Assembly (NCBI GenBank): GCA_031409335.1
Contig: JANNWY010000019.1
Span: 1-22,097, forward strand
Source: Chthoniobacteraceae bacterium
GTDB taxonomy: Bacteria; Verrucomicrobiota; Verrucomicrobiia; Chthoniobacterales; Chthoniobacteraceae
Reading direction: 5' to 3'
Length of the DNA stretch: 22,097 bases
Positions 8,353 through 18,651 of this stretch are shown here, in pieces. The position numbers and the translations under genes were made by a program. The notes under the pieces were generated by a model that did not search any database, was not told the DNA's origin, and worked only from the letters and a program-made list of their open reading frames with translations. Every line of letters starts with the position of its first letter. Position 1 is the first letter of the stretch.

Positions 8353-9812
8353 TAAGCCAGCACGTCGCCGATGACGTGCCCATGCACATCGGTGAGCCGC
8401 CGCTCGATGCCATTGTGGTAGAAGCTGAGGCGCTCGTGATTGAGGCCGAGGATTTCCAAAATGGTCGCGTGAAAATCATAAACGGTCGCGACTTTCTCCA
8501 CGGCCTTGTAGCCGAACTCGTCGGTCGCCCCGCAGCTGAAGCCGTGCTTCACACCCGCGCCGGCGAGCCACGCGGTAAAACCCGCCGGATTGTGATCGCG
8601 GCCGCTCGCGCCTTTTTGAAACGTCGGCATGCGCCCGAACTCCGTACACCAAACGACGAGCGTATCTTCCAGCAGGCCGCGCTGTTTCAGGTCGGCGAGG
8701 AGCGCCGCAGTGGGTTGATCCATGACTTCGCCGTGCTTCACGTATTGCTCCGCGAGCACCTTGTGGCCGTCCCAATTGCTCACGCCTTCGCCGCCCGTTT
8801 GATACGCGCCATTGAAGAGCTGCACGAAACGCACACCGCGCTCCACGAGCCGCCGCGCGAGGATGCAATTGCGCGCGTACGCAGCCTTCAAATCTTTCAC
8901 CGGATTACCCGCCTGGTCTGCGCCATACATTTTCAGAACGTGCGCGGGCTCGCTGGAAATGTCGGCCACTTCGGGAACGGAGAGCTGCATGCGCGCGGCG
9001 AGTTCGTAGCTGGAGATGCGCGCGGCGAGTTCGGAGTCGCCGGGGAAACGCTCGAGATGATGCCGATTCAGCGTGCCGATGAAGTCGCGCGTGGCGCGGT
9101 CGGTCGTGGCCGAAAATGCGGACGGGCGGGACAGATTGCGAAGCGGCTGCGTGGCGTTGAAGTCGGTGCCTTGAAACGCGGCGGGGAGAAAACCGGGGCC
9201 CCAGAAATTGCCGGCGGATTGCGGCGCGCCGCGTGGATCGGGGATCGCGACGTAGGCGGGCAGGGTGTCGTTTTCGCTCCCGAGCGCGTAGGTCGCCCAT
9301 GCGCCCATGCTGGGAAAGCCATCGAGGGTGAAGCCCGTCGCCATGAAGTTCTCGCCGGGGCCGTGCGTGTTCGTCTTTCCGGTGAGGGAATGGATGAAGC
9401 ACATCTCGTCGGCGAGCGCGCCGAGATGCGGGACGAGGTCGGAAACCATCTTGCCGGTCTGGCCGTACGGGCGGAATTCCCACGGGCTCTTGTTCAAATT
9501 TCCCTGCGCGCCTTGAAACGTGACGAGTCCCTCGGCGCCGGGCATCGGCTGGCCGTGGCGCTTGATGAGTTCGGGCTTGAAATCAAACGTGTCCACCTGG
9601 CTCACCGCGCCGGAGCAGAAGATCATGAGCACGCGCTTCGCCCGCGGCTTGTTGTGCGGCTGGCGTGGCGCGTTCGGATTGGCGGGATTGATGTCCGGCC
9701 GAATGGGCGCGCCGAGTGCGCGATCCCGCCCGAGCAAATGCGCGAGCGCGATGCCGCCGAGCCCGGTGGCGGTGTGCGAGAGAAAATCGCGACGATTCAG
9801 GAATGGATGCAT
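8352..9812 (-). CDS. DUF1501 family protein with Tat-like N-terminus (alternative start GTG 9830)
   Basis: NRRDFLS motif; [77 protein letters not shown]. Confidence 0.92.
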   Translation of the reverse strand: MHPFLNRRDFLSHTATGLGGIALAHLLGRDRALGAPIRPDINPANPNAPRQPHNKPRAKRVLMIFCSGAVSQVDTFDFKPELIKRHGQPMPGAEGLVTFQGAQGNLNKSPWEFRPYGQTGKMVSDLVPHLGALADEMCFIHSLTGKTNTHGPGENFMATGFTLDGFPSMGAWATYALGSENDTLPAYVAIPDPRGAPQSAGNFWGPGFLPAAFQGTDFNATQPLRNLSRPSAFSATTDRATRDFIGTLNRHHLERFPGDSELAARISSYELAARMQLSVPEVADISSEPAHVLKMYGADQAGNPVKDLKAAYARNCILARRLVERGVRFVQLFNGAYQTGGEGVSNWDGHKVLAEQYVKHGEVMDQPTAALLADLKQRGLLEDTLVVWCTEFGRMPTFQKGASGRDHNPAGFTAWLAGAGVKHGFSCGATDEFGYKAVEKVATVYDFHATILEILGLNHERLSFYHNGIERRLTDVHGHVIGDVLA

Positions 9813-9826
9813 ATCCGGTCCGCGAC

Positions 9827-10222
9827 TCACAGCCAGTCGTCCAAGCGCAATCCGTTGACCCTGCTAAATTCCGTGGTGTCGTGCGTGACAAACGCGAGCC
9901 CGAGGGAGAGTGCGTGTGCTGCCAGCAGCATGTCGTATGGGCCGACGGGATTTCCGTTGCGCTCCATTTCTGCCCGCAGCTCACCAGCTCGAATCGCGGC
10001 AGATGCGTCGAACGAAAGGACACTCATCGCCGATAGAAAACGCGTCACCTTTGCACGTTCGATTGGAGGATTCGCACATTTCCCGACTCCGACAAACAAC
10101 TCAAACACCGCCACGGTCGAGACGGCACAGTCACCCGGCGCCATTGCCGCGAGACGCGAAACCGCCTTCCCGTTTCCGCGCATGACGGCGATGCAGATGT
10201 TTGTGTCGAGCAGCGCCTTCAC
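9827..10222 (-). CDS. vapC: PIN-domain type II toxin (VapC family)
   Basis: 131 aa with [42 protein letters not shown]; the acidic PIN catalytic residues are present. Confidence 0.92.
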   Translation of the reverse strand: MKALLDTNICIAVMRGNGKAVSRLAAMAPGDCAVSTVAVFELFVGVGKCANPPIERAKVTRFLSAMSVLSFDASAAIRAGELRAEMERNGNPVGPYDMLLAAHALSLGLAFVTHDTTEFSRVNGLRLDDWL

Positions 10223-10446
10223 GCGTCGAGGGCGGCGATGGGCGGCGTGACGCCCTGTGGCGGACGGACAAATGCAGAATCATCAATGCGAATCTCGTCG
10301 AAAAAACCGGGAGGCCACGTTTTCGGGACGGCCTCATCGAACAGAACGATGACTCGGCACACCTGTCCAGCTGGACGCGGGAGAGGATTGCTCAAGACGA
10401 GATGCGATGGGTCTTCGAGGAGGGCGTTGGATTCGAATGCATTCAT
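10219..10446 (-). CDS. Putative antitoxin (VapB position), 75 aa
   Basis: ATG 10446; its stop overlaps the vapC GTG start (GTGA, 10219-10222). Acidic C-terminal WPPGFFDEI..D..FVRPPQG segment resembles VapB-type antitoxins. Confidence 0.72.
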   Translation of the reverse strand: MNAFESNALLEDPSHLVLSNPLPRPAGQVCRVIVLFDEAVPKTWPPGFFDEIRIDDSAFVRPPQGVTPPIAALDA

Positions 10447-10495
10447 TTGGTCGAGAATAGCGTCTGGCGAGTAAGTCTGAAAGGTCGAAGGCGGC

Positions 10496-13264
10496 TCAAA
10501 ACACGAAGAGAGATTCGCTCGTGTTAAACATCGCACGGGCAAAGGACTGGAGGCCGTGTTCGCGAATCATCGTGGCGGAAGCGGTTTGCTCCAGGGCATC
10601 TGGCTGGCGTGAATAAAAAAGTCGAAAAGCGAGGGTGGCCTGGGCTTCGGGCGAATCGCCGGCTTCGGTGGCGAGACGTTTGGCGAGGAGGTCGCTCTGC
10701 TGCATCACGAACGTGCTGTTGAACAAATTCAGCGCCTGCAGCGGCGTGTTCGAGCGGCTGCGCTTCGGCATCACGGAGCTGCCATCGGGGCAGTCGAAGG
10801 AGCCGAACACGCTGTCCGTCGTCTGCCGGATGCGAAATTGGTAAGCCATGCGCCGGAACTCCGCGGGTGTGTATTTCTCCTTCGGAAAATAGTGCATCAC
10901 ATTTTCCACCACGACATCCATCAGGTAGAAACCGGGGCCGCCCATTTTCAAATCGAGCGCGCCCGAGACGGTGAGCATCGAGTCGCGGATGGCCTCCGCC
11001 TCCAGCCGGCGCGGCGTGTAGCGCCAGAGCAGGCGGCCGCCCGCGTCCACCGCGATGGCGTCCGCGCGCGGAGCGGACGATTGCTGAAAGGCCGCGGAGA
11101 GCAAGAGCAGCCGCTGCATGTGTTTGCTGGACCAGCCGCTTTTCACGAACTCATCCGCCAGCCAGTCGAGCAGTTCGGGATGCGTCGGACTCGTGCCGTT
11201 TGCGCCGAAGTCGCTCGGCGTATCCACGAGGCCCGTGCCGAACGTGTATTGCCAGAGCCGGTTCACCATCACGCGCGCCGTCAGCGGATTTGCCGGACTC
11301 GCGATCCACTCCGCGAGTTTCATGCGACGCCGCTGCTCCGGCTCCTCCACGGCCAGGCCGAGCGTGCCGACGACGGAGAGCGCATCCGGCGCGACGACCT
11401 CGCGCTTTTGCATCGCCTCGCCGCGATAGAGCCGGTGCGTTTTTTCCGGCTGCGAGAAAGTGCCCACCCACGCATTCTCGCTGCCGGTGAGTTTGGCGAC
11501 GCGACTTTTCAAGTCGGCGAATTCACTCAAAAGCTGGCGCGCGGCGTCGGCATCCGGCTTGGAGAGCCGCGCCACGAATGCGCCTGCGTCGTCCTTTCCG
11601 GTGAAAGGCTCGCGCTCATCCGAACTGGCGAGCGTGGTCCACTTTCCCGGTTCTGCCGCGGACTCGATTTTGTATTCGGTCGCAAGGCGGTCGGCGAAAC
11701 GCCCTTCCCTCTCGCGACTCCACACGATCCGCGTGATGCGCGTCTTCGCGGGCAAATCAATCTGCACCCAGCCCTTGCCCGCAGCACTCGAAATCCAACT
11801 CCGATCGTTTCCCACCCTGCCGTCATTGATGTGCTCCAGCTTGTGAATCGCGAATCCCGCGAGCGTCCCCGACGCGCTCGGTTTTCCCGCGAGCGCGACA
11901 TTCACTCCGGCCTCGTCGTAAATCTCCAACTCGTCGATGCACGGCTCCGAGGCGTTCGTGGCGAGGATCGTGAACTTCACCGCCACCGCGTCCGTCGCCG
12001 CGAACTTCTCCTCATTCATCCGCACAGTCACCGGCGGGCGCGCCTTCTTGTCAGAGCCCGCGGCTTTCTGGCGGAAAACGTCGAGTTCCGCGCTCTTCGC
12101 CGCCTCTTCCGCCTTCAGCGAAGTCAGTGCCTTCTCCGCGCTTCCATCCAGCTTCTTGCGCAGCGGACGCTCGCCGTGATTCACCCCGGCGAAGACCGCC
12201 TGCATCGCGTAATAATCCTTCGCCAGAATCGGATCGAACTTGTGATTGTGGCAGCGCGCGCAGCCGATCGTGAGTCCGAGAAACGCGGTCCCCGTCGTGT
12301 TCACCATGTCGGCCAGTTCATCCTGCCGCTGCATCAGCGTGGTATTCACGTCCGGGCTTTTCACGATGTCGTATTGGCCCGCCACGAGGAAGCCGGTCGC
12401 CGCATCGACGCCCAGCGCATCGCCCGCGATTTGTTCCTTGATGAACTGGTCATAGGGCTTGTCCGCATTCAGCGACTCGATGAGGTAGTCGCGATAATGG
12501 AATGCCGTCTTGCGCTCGTGATTCGTCTCAAAGCCGTTGCTGTCTGCGTAGCGCACCACATCCATCCAGTGCCGCGCCCAGCGTTCACCGTAGCGCGGAC
12601 TCGCCAGCACGCGATCCACGAGCCGCGCGTAGGCCTCGGGCTGCGCGTCTTTTTGAAAATCGGCCACTTCCTGCGGCGTCGGCGGCATCCCATGCATCGT
12701 CAGATACAGTCGGCGGATGAGCGTTGCTTTTTCTGCCGGAGGCGAAAGTGTCAGTGCCTTTTCGCGCAGCTTCGCCACGATGAATTCATCGATCCCCGCG
12801 CCCGCCGGACGCTGCACCGGCTGGAACGACCAGTGATCCGTCTTCAATTTCAGCGAAGCCGCAGCTTCCTCCGCCCGCGGCATCTTTGCGCCCGAGTCGA
12901 TCCACGTCCGCAAAATCGTGATCTGCTCCGCCGTGAGCCGGTCGCCTTTCGGCGGCATCGCCTCTTTCGTATTCTCGTGCGTCACGCGCTTCAAAAGATA
13001 ACTCTCCGCGCTCTTTCCCGCGACGATCAGCGCCTCGCCCGATTCCCCGCCCCGCAAAATCCCAAGCGCCGAATCCAGCCGCAGCTTGCTCTTCTGCTTG
13101 TCCTCGCCGTGGCAGTCAAAGCAGTGGTCTTCCAGAATCGGCCGGACATCCTTTTCAAAATCCAACGCTCCCGCCGACGGCGCATCGGACGCGCTCGCGA
13201 CGCTCGCCGCCATGCAGGCGACGAGCGTGAAGAGGAACCGAAATCGAAGGAATGGAGCGGACAT
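10496..13264 (-). CDS. Planctomycete cytochrome c (PSCyt1) + DUF1549 + DUF1553 (PSD1) protein with an inserted discoidin-like domain
   Basis: Signal peptide; [113 protein letters not shown]. Confidence 0.93.
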   Translation of the reverse strand: MSAPFLRFRFLFTLVACMAASVASASDAPSAGALDFEKDVRPILEDHCFDCHGEDKQKSKLRLDSALGILRGGESGEALIVAGKSAESYLLKRVTHENTKEAMPPKGDRLTAEQITILRTWIDSGAKMPRAEEAAASLKLKTDHWSFQPVQRPAGAGIDEFIVAKLREKALTLSPPAEKATLIRRLYLTMHGMPPTPQEVADFQKDAQPEAYARLVDRVLASPRYGERWARHWMDVVRYADSNGFETNHERKTAFHYRDYLIESLNADKPYDQFIKEQIAGDALGVDAATGFLVAGQYDIVKSPDVNTTLMQRQDELADMVNTTGTAFLGLTIGCARCHNHKFDPILAKDYYAMQAVFAGVNHGERPLRKKLDGSAEKALTSLKAEEAAKSAELDVFRQKAAGSDKKARPPVTVRMNEEKFAATDAVAVKFTILATNASEPCIDELEIYDEAGVNVALAGKPSASGTLAGFAIHKLEHINDGRVGNDRSWISSAAGKGWVQIDLPAKTRITRIVWSREREGRFADRLATEYKIESAAEPGKWTTLASSDEREPFTGKDDAGAFVARLSKPDADAARQLLSEFADLKSRVAKLTGSENAWVGTFSQPEKTHRLYRGEAMQKREVVAPDALSVVGTLGLAVEEPEQRRRMKLAEWIASPANPLTARVMVNRLWQYTFGTGLVDTPSDFGANGTSPTHPELLDWLADEFVKSGWSSKHMQRLLLLSAAFQQSSAPRADAIAVDAGGRLLWRYTPRRLEAEAIRDSMLTVSGALDLKMGGPGFYLMDVVVENVMHYFPKEKYTPAEFRRMAYQFRIRQTTDSVFGSFDCPDGSSVMPKRSRSNTPLQALNLFNSTFVMQQSDLLAKRLATEAGDSPEAQATLAFRLFYSRQPDALEQTASATMIREHGLQSFARAMFNTSESLFVF

Positions 13265-13324
13265 GAATGCCCCGCAAAATGTACCGCGATTTGCAAAAGC
13301 GCCATTCCCGAAACGGTGGAGGCG

Positions 13325-13483
13325 GGCGTGCCAGTGTGATTAAAAGTGGTGCAAGTTGCCGGAGTGAATCGTCCTCGTCCTCCTACTCGTCCTCGATGGG
13401 AGCGCGAATTTTCGAGTAGGAGTAGGAGGACGAGGACGGAATGCCGCCCTTTGCACCACTTTCAATCACACCCCGGGCACGCC
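13325..13483. repeat. Nested palindromic element (REP/MITE-like)
   Basis: GGCGTGCC 13325-13332 / 13476-13483; GTGTGATTAAAAGTGGTGCAA 13334-13354 / 13451-13471 (20/21); inner arms of CTCGTC/CTCCTA hexamers 13370-13396 / 13412-13438 (25/27). Confidence 0.82.
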
Positions 13484-13564
13484 GCGCAGTCGAAGGATCA
13501 CTCCTGATCGCGTGTCCGAGTTTGCGCCAGCTTCAGCGGATGCGGGATATTTGTTTCCGGTTCG

Positions 13565-14416
13565 TCAGCGCTTCGCCTTTTTCGATGGCGTTTTTGCGGA
13601 CGGTTTCGCTGGGCGTGCGGCGGGTTTTTTTGGAGGCGATTTGCGCGAGGTTTTGGTGGGCGGAATGGCGGGCTTTTTCTTAGGCGCACGCACCGGCTTG
13701 GATTCCATCTCGATGTCCACGCCGAAGATTTCGCTGAGGTCGGCGTCGCCGAGTGCGTCGGCGGCGGAGCCGGGCACGATGGGTGCCGCGGCGCTGGCGC
13801 TGGCGGCGGTGATGAGATCCTGCATGTCCACGCCGCGCAGGGTGAAAAACAATTCGGGCTTGGTGTCGAGCCGCGCGCCGATTCCGTAGAGGACGGCGGC
13901 GATGTGCTTGCACATGCCCGCCGAGTCGGGACAGGAGCAGCCGAGTTTGATTTCCTTTGGCGCGGGAAAAAGACCGCTGTCCTTCGCGGTGATGTCGGCC
14001 AGGATTTCCTTCGAGAGTCGGCCTTGCAACAGGTCGAGGAGGTTGGTGACTTTGCCGGCGCAGCCGCGCGTGAACTCGCGCCAGCGCGGTGTCGGGAGCG
14101 CGGTGATGTGGATCGCGATTTTGTAGAGATCGGAGCCTTGCACGAGTGCCTCGATTTTTCCGCCGCTGATTTGCAGGTCGATCACCGAGCCGTTGCGGGC
14201 GTAGGTGCGCCCGCGTGGGAGCCGGTTTTCGTAGTCGCTGTAGGATTCGAGATTGGCGCACCAGGCCTTGCCCCAGAAGGTGCTCGCGATGGCGCGTCCG
14301 TCGATGCGGATGGGTGCGAGGGTGCGGCCTTTGCCGGCCATTTTTTTCGCGGCCTTTTCCGCTTTGCGGCGGCGTTCGGCGACGGAGACGTAGGGGCGAA
14401 AGGAATACCAGGACAT
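13565..14416 (-). CDS. SWIM zinc-finger protein with a Lys/Pro-rich C-terminal tail
   Basis: FWGKAWC..LE..NRLPRGRTYARNGSV, A.VQGS..Y, LFP..EI, CSCPD...CKHIAAVLY (SWIM), PELFF.LRG. ATG 14416 lies just after the helicase stop. Confidence 0.9.
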   Translation of the reverse strand: MSWYSFRPYVSVAERRRKAEKAAKKMAGKGRTLAPIRIDGRAIASTFWGKAWCANLESYSDYENRLPRGRTYARNGSVIDLQISGGKIEALVQGSDLYKIAIHITALPTPRWREFTRGCAGKVTNLLDLLQGRLSKEILADITAKDSGLFPAPKEIKLGCSCPDSAGMCKHIAAVLYGIGARLDTKPELFFTLRGVDMQDLITAASASAAAPIVPGSAADALGDADLSEIFGVDIEMESKPVRAPKKKPAIPPTKTSRKSPPKKPAARPAKPSAKTPSKKAKR

Positions 14417-14423
14417 GTGCGCA

Positions 14424-17114
14424 TCATTCACCGACGGCGGATTTCAAGTCGAGCGCGACGAAGCTCAACAGCTCGTCGTTGGACATTTCGGTGAGCAGTT
14501 TCTCCGCGCCGCCTTCCGCGCCGAGGACGGATTCGGCCAGCGCTTTTTTCTCCGAGATCAGCGCGTCGATGCGTTCCTCGATGGTGCCGCGGCAGACGAA
14601 TTTGTGGACGAGCACGTTCCGCTTTTGCCCGATGCGAAAGGCGCGGTCGGTGGCCTGGTTCTCGATGGCGGGATTCCACCAGCGGTCGAAGTGGATGACG
14701 TGGCTCGCGGCGGTGAGCGTGAGGCCGGTGCCGCCCGCCTTGAGCGAGAGGACGAAAAACGGCGGGCCGTCGTCGCGCTGAAATTCGGCCACGAGTTTCT
14801 GTCGCTCCTTCACGGGCGTCCCGCCGTGGAGCACGAGGCCGGGCCTTCCAAAAATGTCGCGCAGCCGCGCGGCGAGCGGTTCGGTCATCTCGCGGAATTG
14901 CGTGAAGACGAGCGCTTTTTCCTGACGCGACGCGATCTCGTCGCACAACTCCGCGAGGCGCAGAAATTTTCCGCTTTCATCCGCCCCGTACGCGCCGTCG
15001 CCGAGCCAGTGGCTCGGGTGATTGCAGATTTGTTTGAACCGCATGAGGAACGCGAGCACCAGCCCGCGACGCTGAATGCCGCTGGCGTCGTCGAGTTTCT
15101 CGGCGAGTTCGCGCACGCTCTTTTCGTAAAGGGCAGCCTGCATTTTTCCGAGCGAGCACCACGCGGTCAGTTCGGTCTTGTCCGGCAAGTCGGAGATGAT
15201 GGCGCGGTCGGTCTTGAGCCGGCGCAGGAGGTAGGGGCGCACGAGCCGGCGCAGCGGCGCGAAGTCGGGCGGCACGGCGGCTTGCAGGGCCTTCACGCAG
15301 CGGGTGAATTCGGGCGCGCTGCCGAGCAGGCCGGGGTTCAGGAAATCGTAGAGCGACCACAAATCGCCGAGGCGGTTCTCGACCGGCGTGCCGCTGAGCG
15401 CGATGCGCGCGAGACCGCGCAGGCGCTTGATCGCGCGGGTCTGCCGCGCGCCGGGATTTTTGATGGCCTGCGCCTCGTCGAGGATCACGAGCCGCCACTC
15501 GCGCGCGGCCAGCCAGTCGAGCCGCGCGACCTGTCCGTAGGTGGTGAGCACGACATCCTTTCCGGCGAGAAGTTTTTCCGCGCCCGCCGCGTCGCGCCAC
15601 TCGGCGGCGGGCGTCTCCGACGGATGGATGAATCCGGCGCGCAGGCTCGGGGCGAAGCGGGCGAGTTCGCTTTTCCAATTCGCCAGCAGCGACGCGGGCG
15701 CGACGAGGAGCGATGTCCCGGCGTCCGGTTCCTGGTGTTTCAATTGCAGCAGCAGCGAGATGACCTGGATGGTTTTGCCGAGGCCCATGTCGTCCGCGAG
15801 ACAAGCGCCGAGACCAAGGCGTTGCAGCAGCCAGAGCCACTTCACGCCCGTCGCCTGATAGGGCCGCAGCCGCGCGTTGAGATTTTTGTGCGGGTCGAAA
15901 TCCGCCGCGCCATCCGGCTGCGCGATGCCCGCCAAAGCCTCACGCAGCCAGCCTCCGGCGACCACTTCGCTCCAATCGGCAGTCTCCGCCGCGGGGTCAT
16001 CCGCCGCTGCGCCGAGCCGCACGCCCGCGAGCAGGCGCATCGCTTCGAGGAAGGAAACGCCGTCGCCTGCCGCGCCCGATTCCACGCGCCGCCAATGTTC
16101 GAGCACGCTCTGCAGTTTCTCGCGATCCACCTCGATCCACTGCCCGCGCAACGAGACGAGGCCCTCCTGCGATTTCATCAGCGCCTGCCACTCCGCGGCG
16201 GTGAGCGCCTCGCCGTCGAGCGTCGCGGCCACGGAAAAGTTCAGCATGTTTTCCAAACCCAGTCCGCCCTCGCGCCGGTCGCCCACGCTCACGCTCACCT
16301 GCGGACGCTTTCCGCGCCCGCTCTTCCACCAGTCCGGGATGCGCGCGGTGATGCCGCTGGCTTCGAGCACCGGCACCTCGCGGAGAAAGGCGTGCGCGTG
16401 CGCGGGCGTCCACGCCTGCGGGGAAAAGACGCGGCGGCTGTCCAGCAGATCGCGCGTCCATGCGCTCTGCTCCGCGGCCTTTTGCACGGGCTCCAGCAAT
16501 GAGCGGAGCGCCGCCTGATTTTTCGCGCCCGCGTATTCCTGGAGCGCGCGAGCCAGCGGCAAATGCACCGGCTTTTCCTGCGCCGAAAGCCGGTGCGTGT
16601 AGGTGGCCATGAACGCGAACGGCGTCTCCGGCGAACGCTTGTTCTCCGCGAGATGAAACGTCACTTTTCCCAGCAGATGCAGCGCCGGATTGATCGCGCC
16701 GAGCCACTCCCGCAGTCCGCCCGCCGCCCGCGCTTCCGCGTGCGCGACCGCATCCAGTTCGCTCCACAAGGTCGCGAACAAATCCGGCGACGCGTACTCC
16801 GCGCCGCGCATCGCCGGGATGCGCAGCGTGAAAGTGAAAGCAAGGCCCGGCGGCATCGCCACCGCGCCGCCGGACGCATCCGGCGCGTGAGCGAGCGCCG
16901 TGAGATACGCATCCGCAAACTCACGCCAGAATACGAACTCCGCCGGCCAGCGCGAAGACTCCCCGCGCCGCGCGGCCAGCGCCAGCAAGCCACGCGCGGA
17001 ACTTTCCGCAAACGCCGCCTCGATCAGCGCGCCCATGTCCGCGGAAAACGCCGCCTCGGCAGATTCATCGAGGAATAAACGTCCATGCGGACTGAGCGCG
17101 GGAAGGCGGGGCAT
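14424..17114 (-). CDS. SNF2-family (SWI2/SNF2) helicase/ATPase
   Basis: LRPYQ, LADDMGLGKT, LDEAQAIKN, SGTPVENRL, LRRLK, FTQF, GTGLTLTAASHVIHFDRWWNPAIENQATDRAFRIGQ. Confidence 0.95.
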   Translation of the reverse strand: MPRLPALSPHGRLFLDESAEAAFSADMGALIEAAFAESSARGLLALAARRGESSRWPAEFVFWREFADAYLTALAHAPDASGGAVAMPPGLAFTFTLRIPAMRGAEYASPDLFATLWSELDAVAHAEARAAGGLREWLGAINPALHLLGKVTFHLAENKRSPETPFAFMATYTHRLSAQEKPVHLPLARALQEYAGAKNQAALRSLLEPVQKAAEQSAWTRDLLDSRRVFSPQAWTPAHAHAFLREVPVLEASGITARIPDWWKSGRGKRPQVSVSVGDRREGGLGLENMLNFSVAATLDGEALTAAEWQALMKSQEGLVSLRGQWIEVDREKLQSVLEHWRRVESGAAGDGVSFLEAMRLLAGVRLGAAADDPAAETADWSEVVAGGWLREALAGIAQPDGAADFDPHKNLNARLRPYQATGVKWLWLLQRLGLGACLADDMGLGKTIQVISLLLQLKHQEPDAGTSLLVAPASLLANWKSELARFAPSLRAGFIHPSETPAAEWRDAAGAEKLLAGKDVVLTTYGQVARLDWLAAREWRLVILDEAQAIKNPGARQTRAIKRLRGLARIALSGTPVENRLGDLWSLYDFLNPGLLGSAPEFTRCVKALQAAVPPDFAPLRRLVRPYLLRRLKTDRAIISDLPDKTELTAWCSLGKMQAALYEKSVRELAEKLDDASGIQRRGLVLAFLMRFKQICNHPSHWLGDGAYGADESGKFLRLAELCDEIASRQEKALVFTQFREMTEPLAARLRDIFGRPGLVLHGGTPVKERQKLVAEFQRDDGPPFFVLSLKAGGTGLTLTAASHVIHFDRWWNPAIENQATDRAFRIGQKRNVLVHKFVCRGTIEERIDALISEKKALAESVLGAEGGAEKLLTEMSNDELLSFVALDLKSAVGE

Positions 17115-17221
17115 GGGTGCTAGGGAACGTCAACGGCAGCCTCAAGCGCACGCGAATTCAGCGCATTTTGGGTCTGAGTTTGCCGCTTCGGTCGAAATGA
17201 CCGTGTTTATTTTTGATGCGA

Positions 17222-17262
17222 TTGCCACTCCGTGACGTTTGTGTAACATCTTTAAGACGTCA
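17222..17262 (+). promoter_or_regulatory. Possible sigma70-type promoter with a flanking inverted repeat, upstream of the PEP-CTERM gene
   Basis: TTGCCA (17222-17227), 16 nt, TAACAT (17244-17249). TGACGT 17233-17238 / ACGTCA 17257-17262 straddle the -10 box. AT-rich divergent intergenic region. Confidence 0.3.
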
Positions 17263-17310
17263 GCCATTTCGGTTGCGCTCTTAACCCCAAAACAACCCCC
17301 AAAAAACAAC

Positions 17311-18600
17311 ATGATCACACCACGTATCCTCCTCACCTCCTGCGCCGTGCTGCTGGTGCCGCTTGCTGCCAAAGTCCACGCCCAACTGGTGCTTTCACCG
17401 GGGCTCACCTTCGCATCGCAGGGCGGCACGATTGAAATTGGAAACCTCGGGACTACGGGGACCGCGTTTGCGCTGAACCTCCTCGGGAACGGGGCATTCG
17501 CGCCGACCCACACCATTCCTAATGTGAACAACGGCACCTTCGGCAATGGGAGTTCGTGGATCGGCGATAGCGCGAACAGCTTTGTAGGCATCGGCTTTGG
17601 TGGCCCGCTGACCATCGCGAGCTTTGCGTTCGGGCGGGACAACACCGGCACCTTCGGCGACCGGGCTGTGGGCCTTTACACGGTCCAGTTTACCGCCGAC
17701 CCGAATCCCGCGGTGGATTTCCTGACGAATACGTGGACCACCATCGGCACGATCAGCCTCAACATCGATGGCGTGGCTGGCGTGACCAATCCAGCACTTC
17801 GTCACCGGTTCAATATTGACACTCCGGTGAACGCCACGGGATTCCGGCTCATCACGCCGGGAGATGGCATCGCGAGCGGGGCGGCGATCGACGAATTGGA
17901 ATTGTATTCGACCCCCGGCGTGGTCGTTCCACCCACACCGCCGATTGCCACCCATTCGGTCCCCGGTTTCTCCGTGAGCTGGGACGGCAATAATGGCGAC
18001 AACTCCAGCCCTGGCGGCGTGGTGCCCAACAATCTGGCGCTCGCCTCGAATGCCGCAGTGCCGATTTCCTCCGGGGAATTGGGGCCGCAAATCGGAATCC
18101 CTTTTCACGTCACGGCCAATATCAACGACGGGCTTTACGGAAACTCGAATTCGTGGATCGGAGGCGACGGCAATCCGCCGCCTTTCCACGCCGGGGTGCT
18201 GCTCGAAGACGTTTATGAAATCACGTCCATCGCGTGGGGCCGGGACAATACCAACACCTTTGGCGACCGCAGTCTGGGGACCTATACGATCCAGCGCACG
18301 CTGGACGGGAGTATCTGGGAAACCGTCGGCAGCGTCGATTACAACTACGGCGTGGACGGCATACTCGGCGGCGGCTTCACGCCCCACCTCCGCCATGAGT
18401 TCGAACTGAGCGACGGCGATGGCGGCATCCTAGCCTTGGGAATGCGCATCCTGGTTCCGGGCACGGGAATTTCCCCGGCTGGCACCGACATCGACGAACT
18501 CGAACTCTACGGTGCGCTGCCAGTGCCCGAGCCCGGCAGCGCGGCGCTGCTCGCCGGTGGAATGCTCTCGCTGCTCGCGGCGCGTCGGCGTCGCGCGTAG
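17311..18600 (+). CDS. PEP-CTERM surface protein with two discoidin/F5-8C-like repeats
   Basis: Signal peptide from ATG 17311 (..AAKVHAQ). Two repeats of H....N.G..GN..SWIG...GRDNT.TFGDR...IDELELY. C-terminal VPEPGSAALLAGGMLSLLAARRRRA. Confidence 0.92.
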   Translation: MITPRILLTSCAVLLVPLAAKVHAQLVLSPGLTFASQGGTIEIGNLGTTGTAFALNLLGNGAFAPTHTIPNVNNGTFGNGSSWIGDSANSFVGIGFGGPLTIASFAFGRDNTGTFGDRAVGLYTVQFTADPNPAVDFLTNTWTTIGTISLNIDGVAGVTNPALRHRFNIDTPVNATGFRLITPGDGIASGAAIDELELYSTPGVVVPPTPPIATHSVPGFSVSWDGNNGDNSSPGGVVPNNLALASNAAVPISSGELGPQIGIPFHVTANINDGLYGNSNSWIGGDGNPPPFHAGVLLEDVYEITSIAWGRDNTNTFGDRSLGTYTIQRTLDGSIWETVGSVDYNYGVDGILGGGFTPHLRHEFELSDGDGGILALGMRILVPGTGISPAGTDIDELELYGALPVPEPGSAALLAGGMLSLLAARRRRA

Positions 18601-18623
18601 GGCGCAGTATCTTTGCAATTGAC

Positions 18624-18651
18624 CGCGCCCTCCCATTCGCGGGAGGGCGCG
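18624..18651 (+). terminator. GC-rich hairpin after the PEP-CTERM gene (possible terminator or stabiliser)
   Basis: Perfect 11-bp stem CGCGCCCTCCC/GGGAGGGCGCG with a 6-nt loop; no U-tract on the + strand. Confidence 0.4.

Noticed and set aside
8244..13339. Long plus-strand ORFs 8244-10250 and 10838-13339
   Set aside because: Antisense shadows of DUF1501/vapC and DUF1553, with no motifs of their own.
14415..16502. 695-aa plus-strand ORF
   Set aside because: Antisense to the SNF2 helicase; no independent coding evidence.
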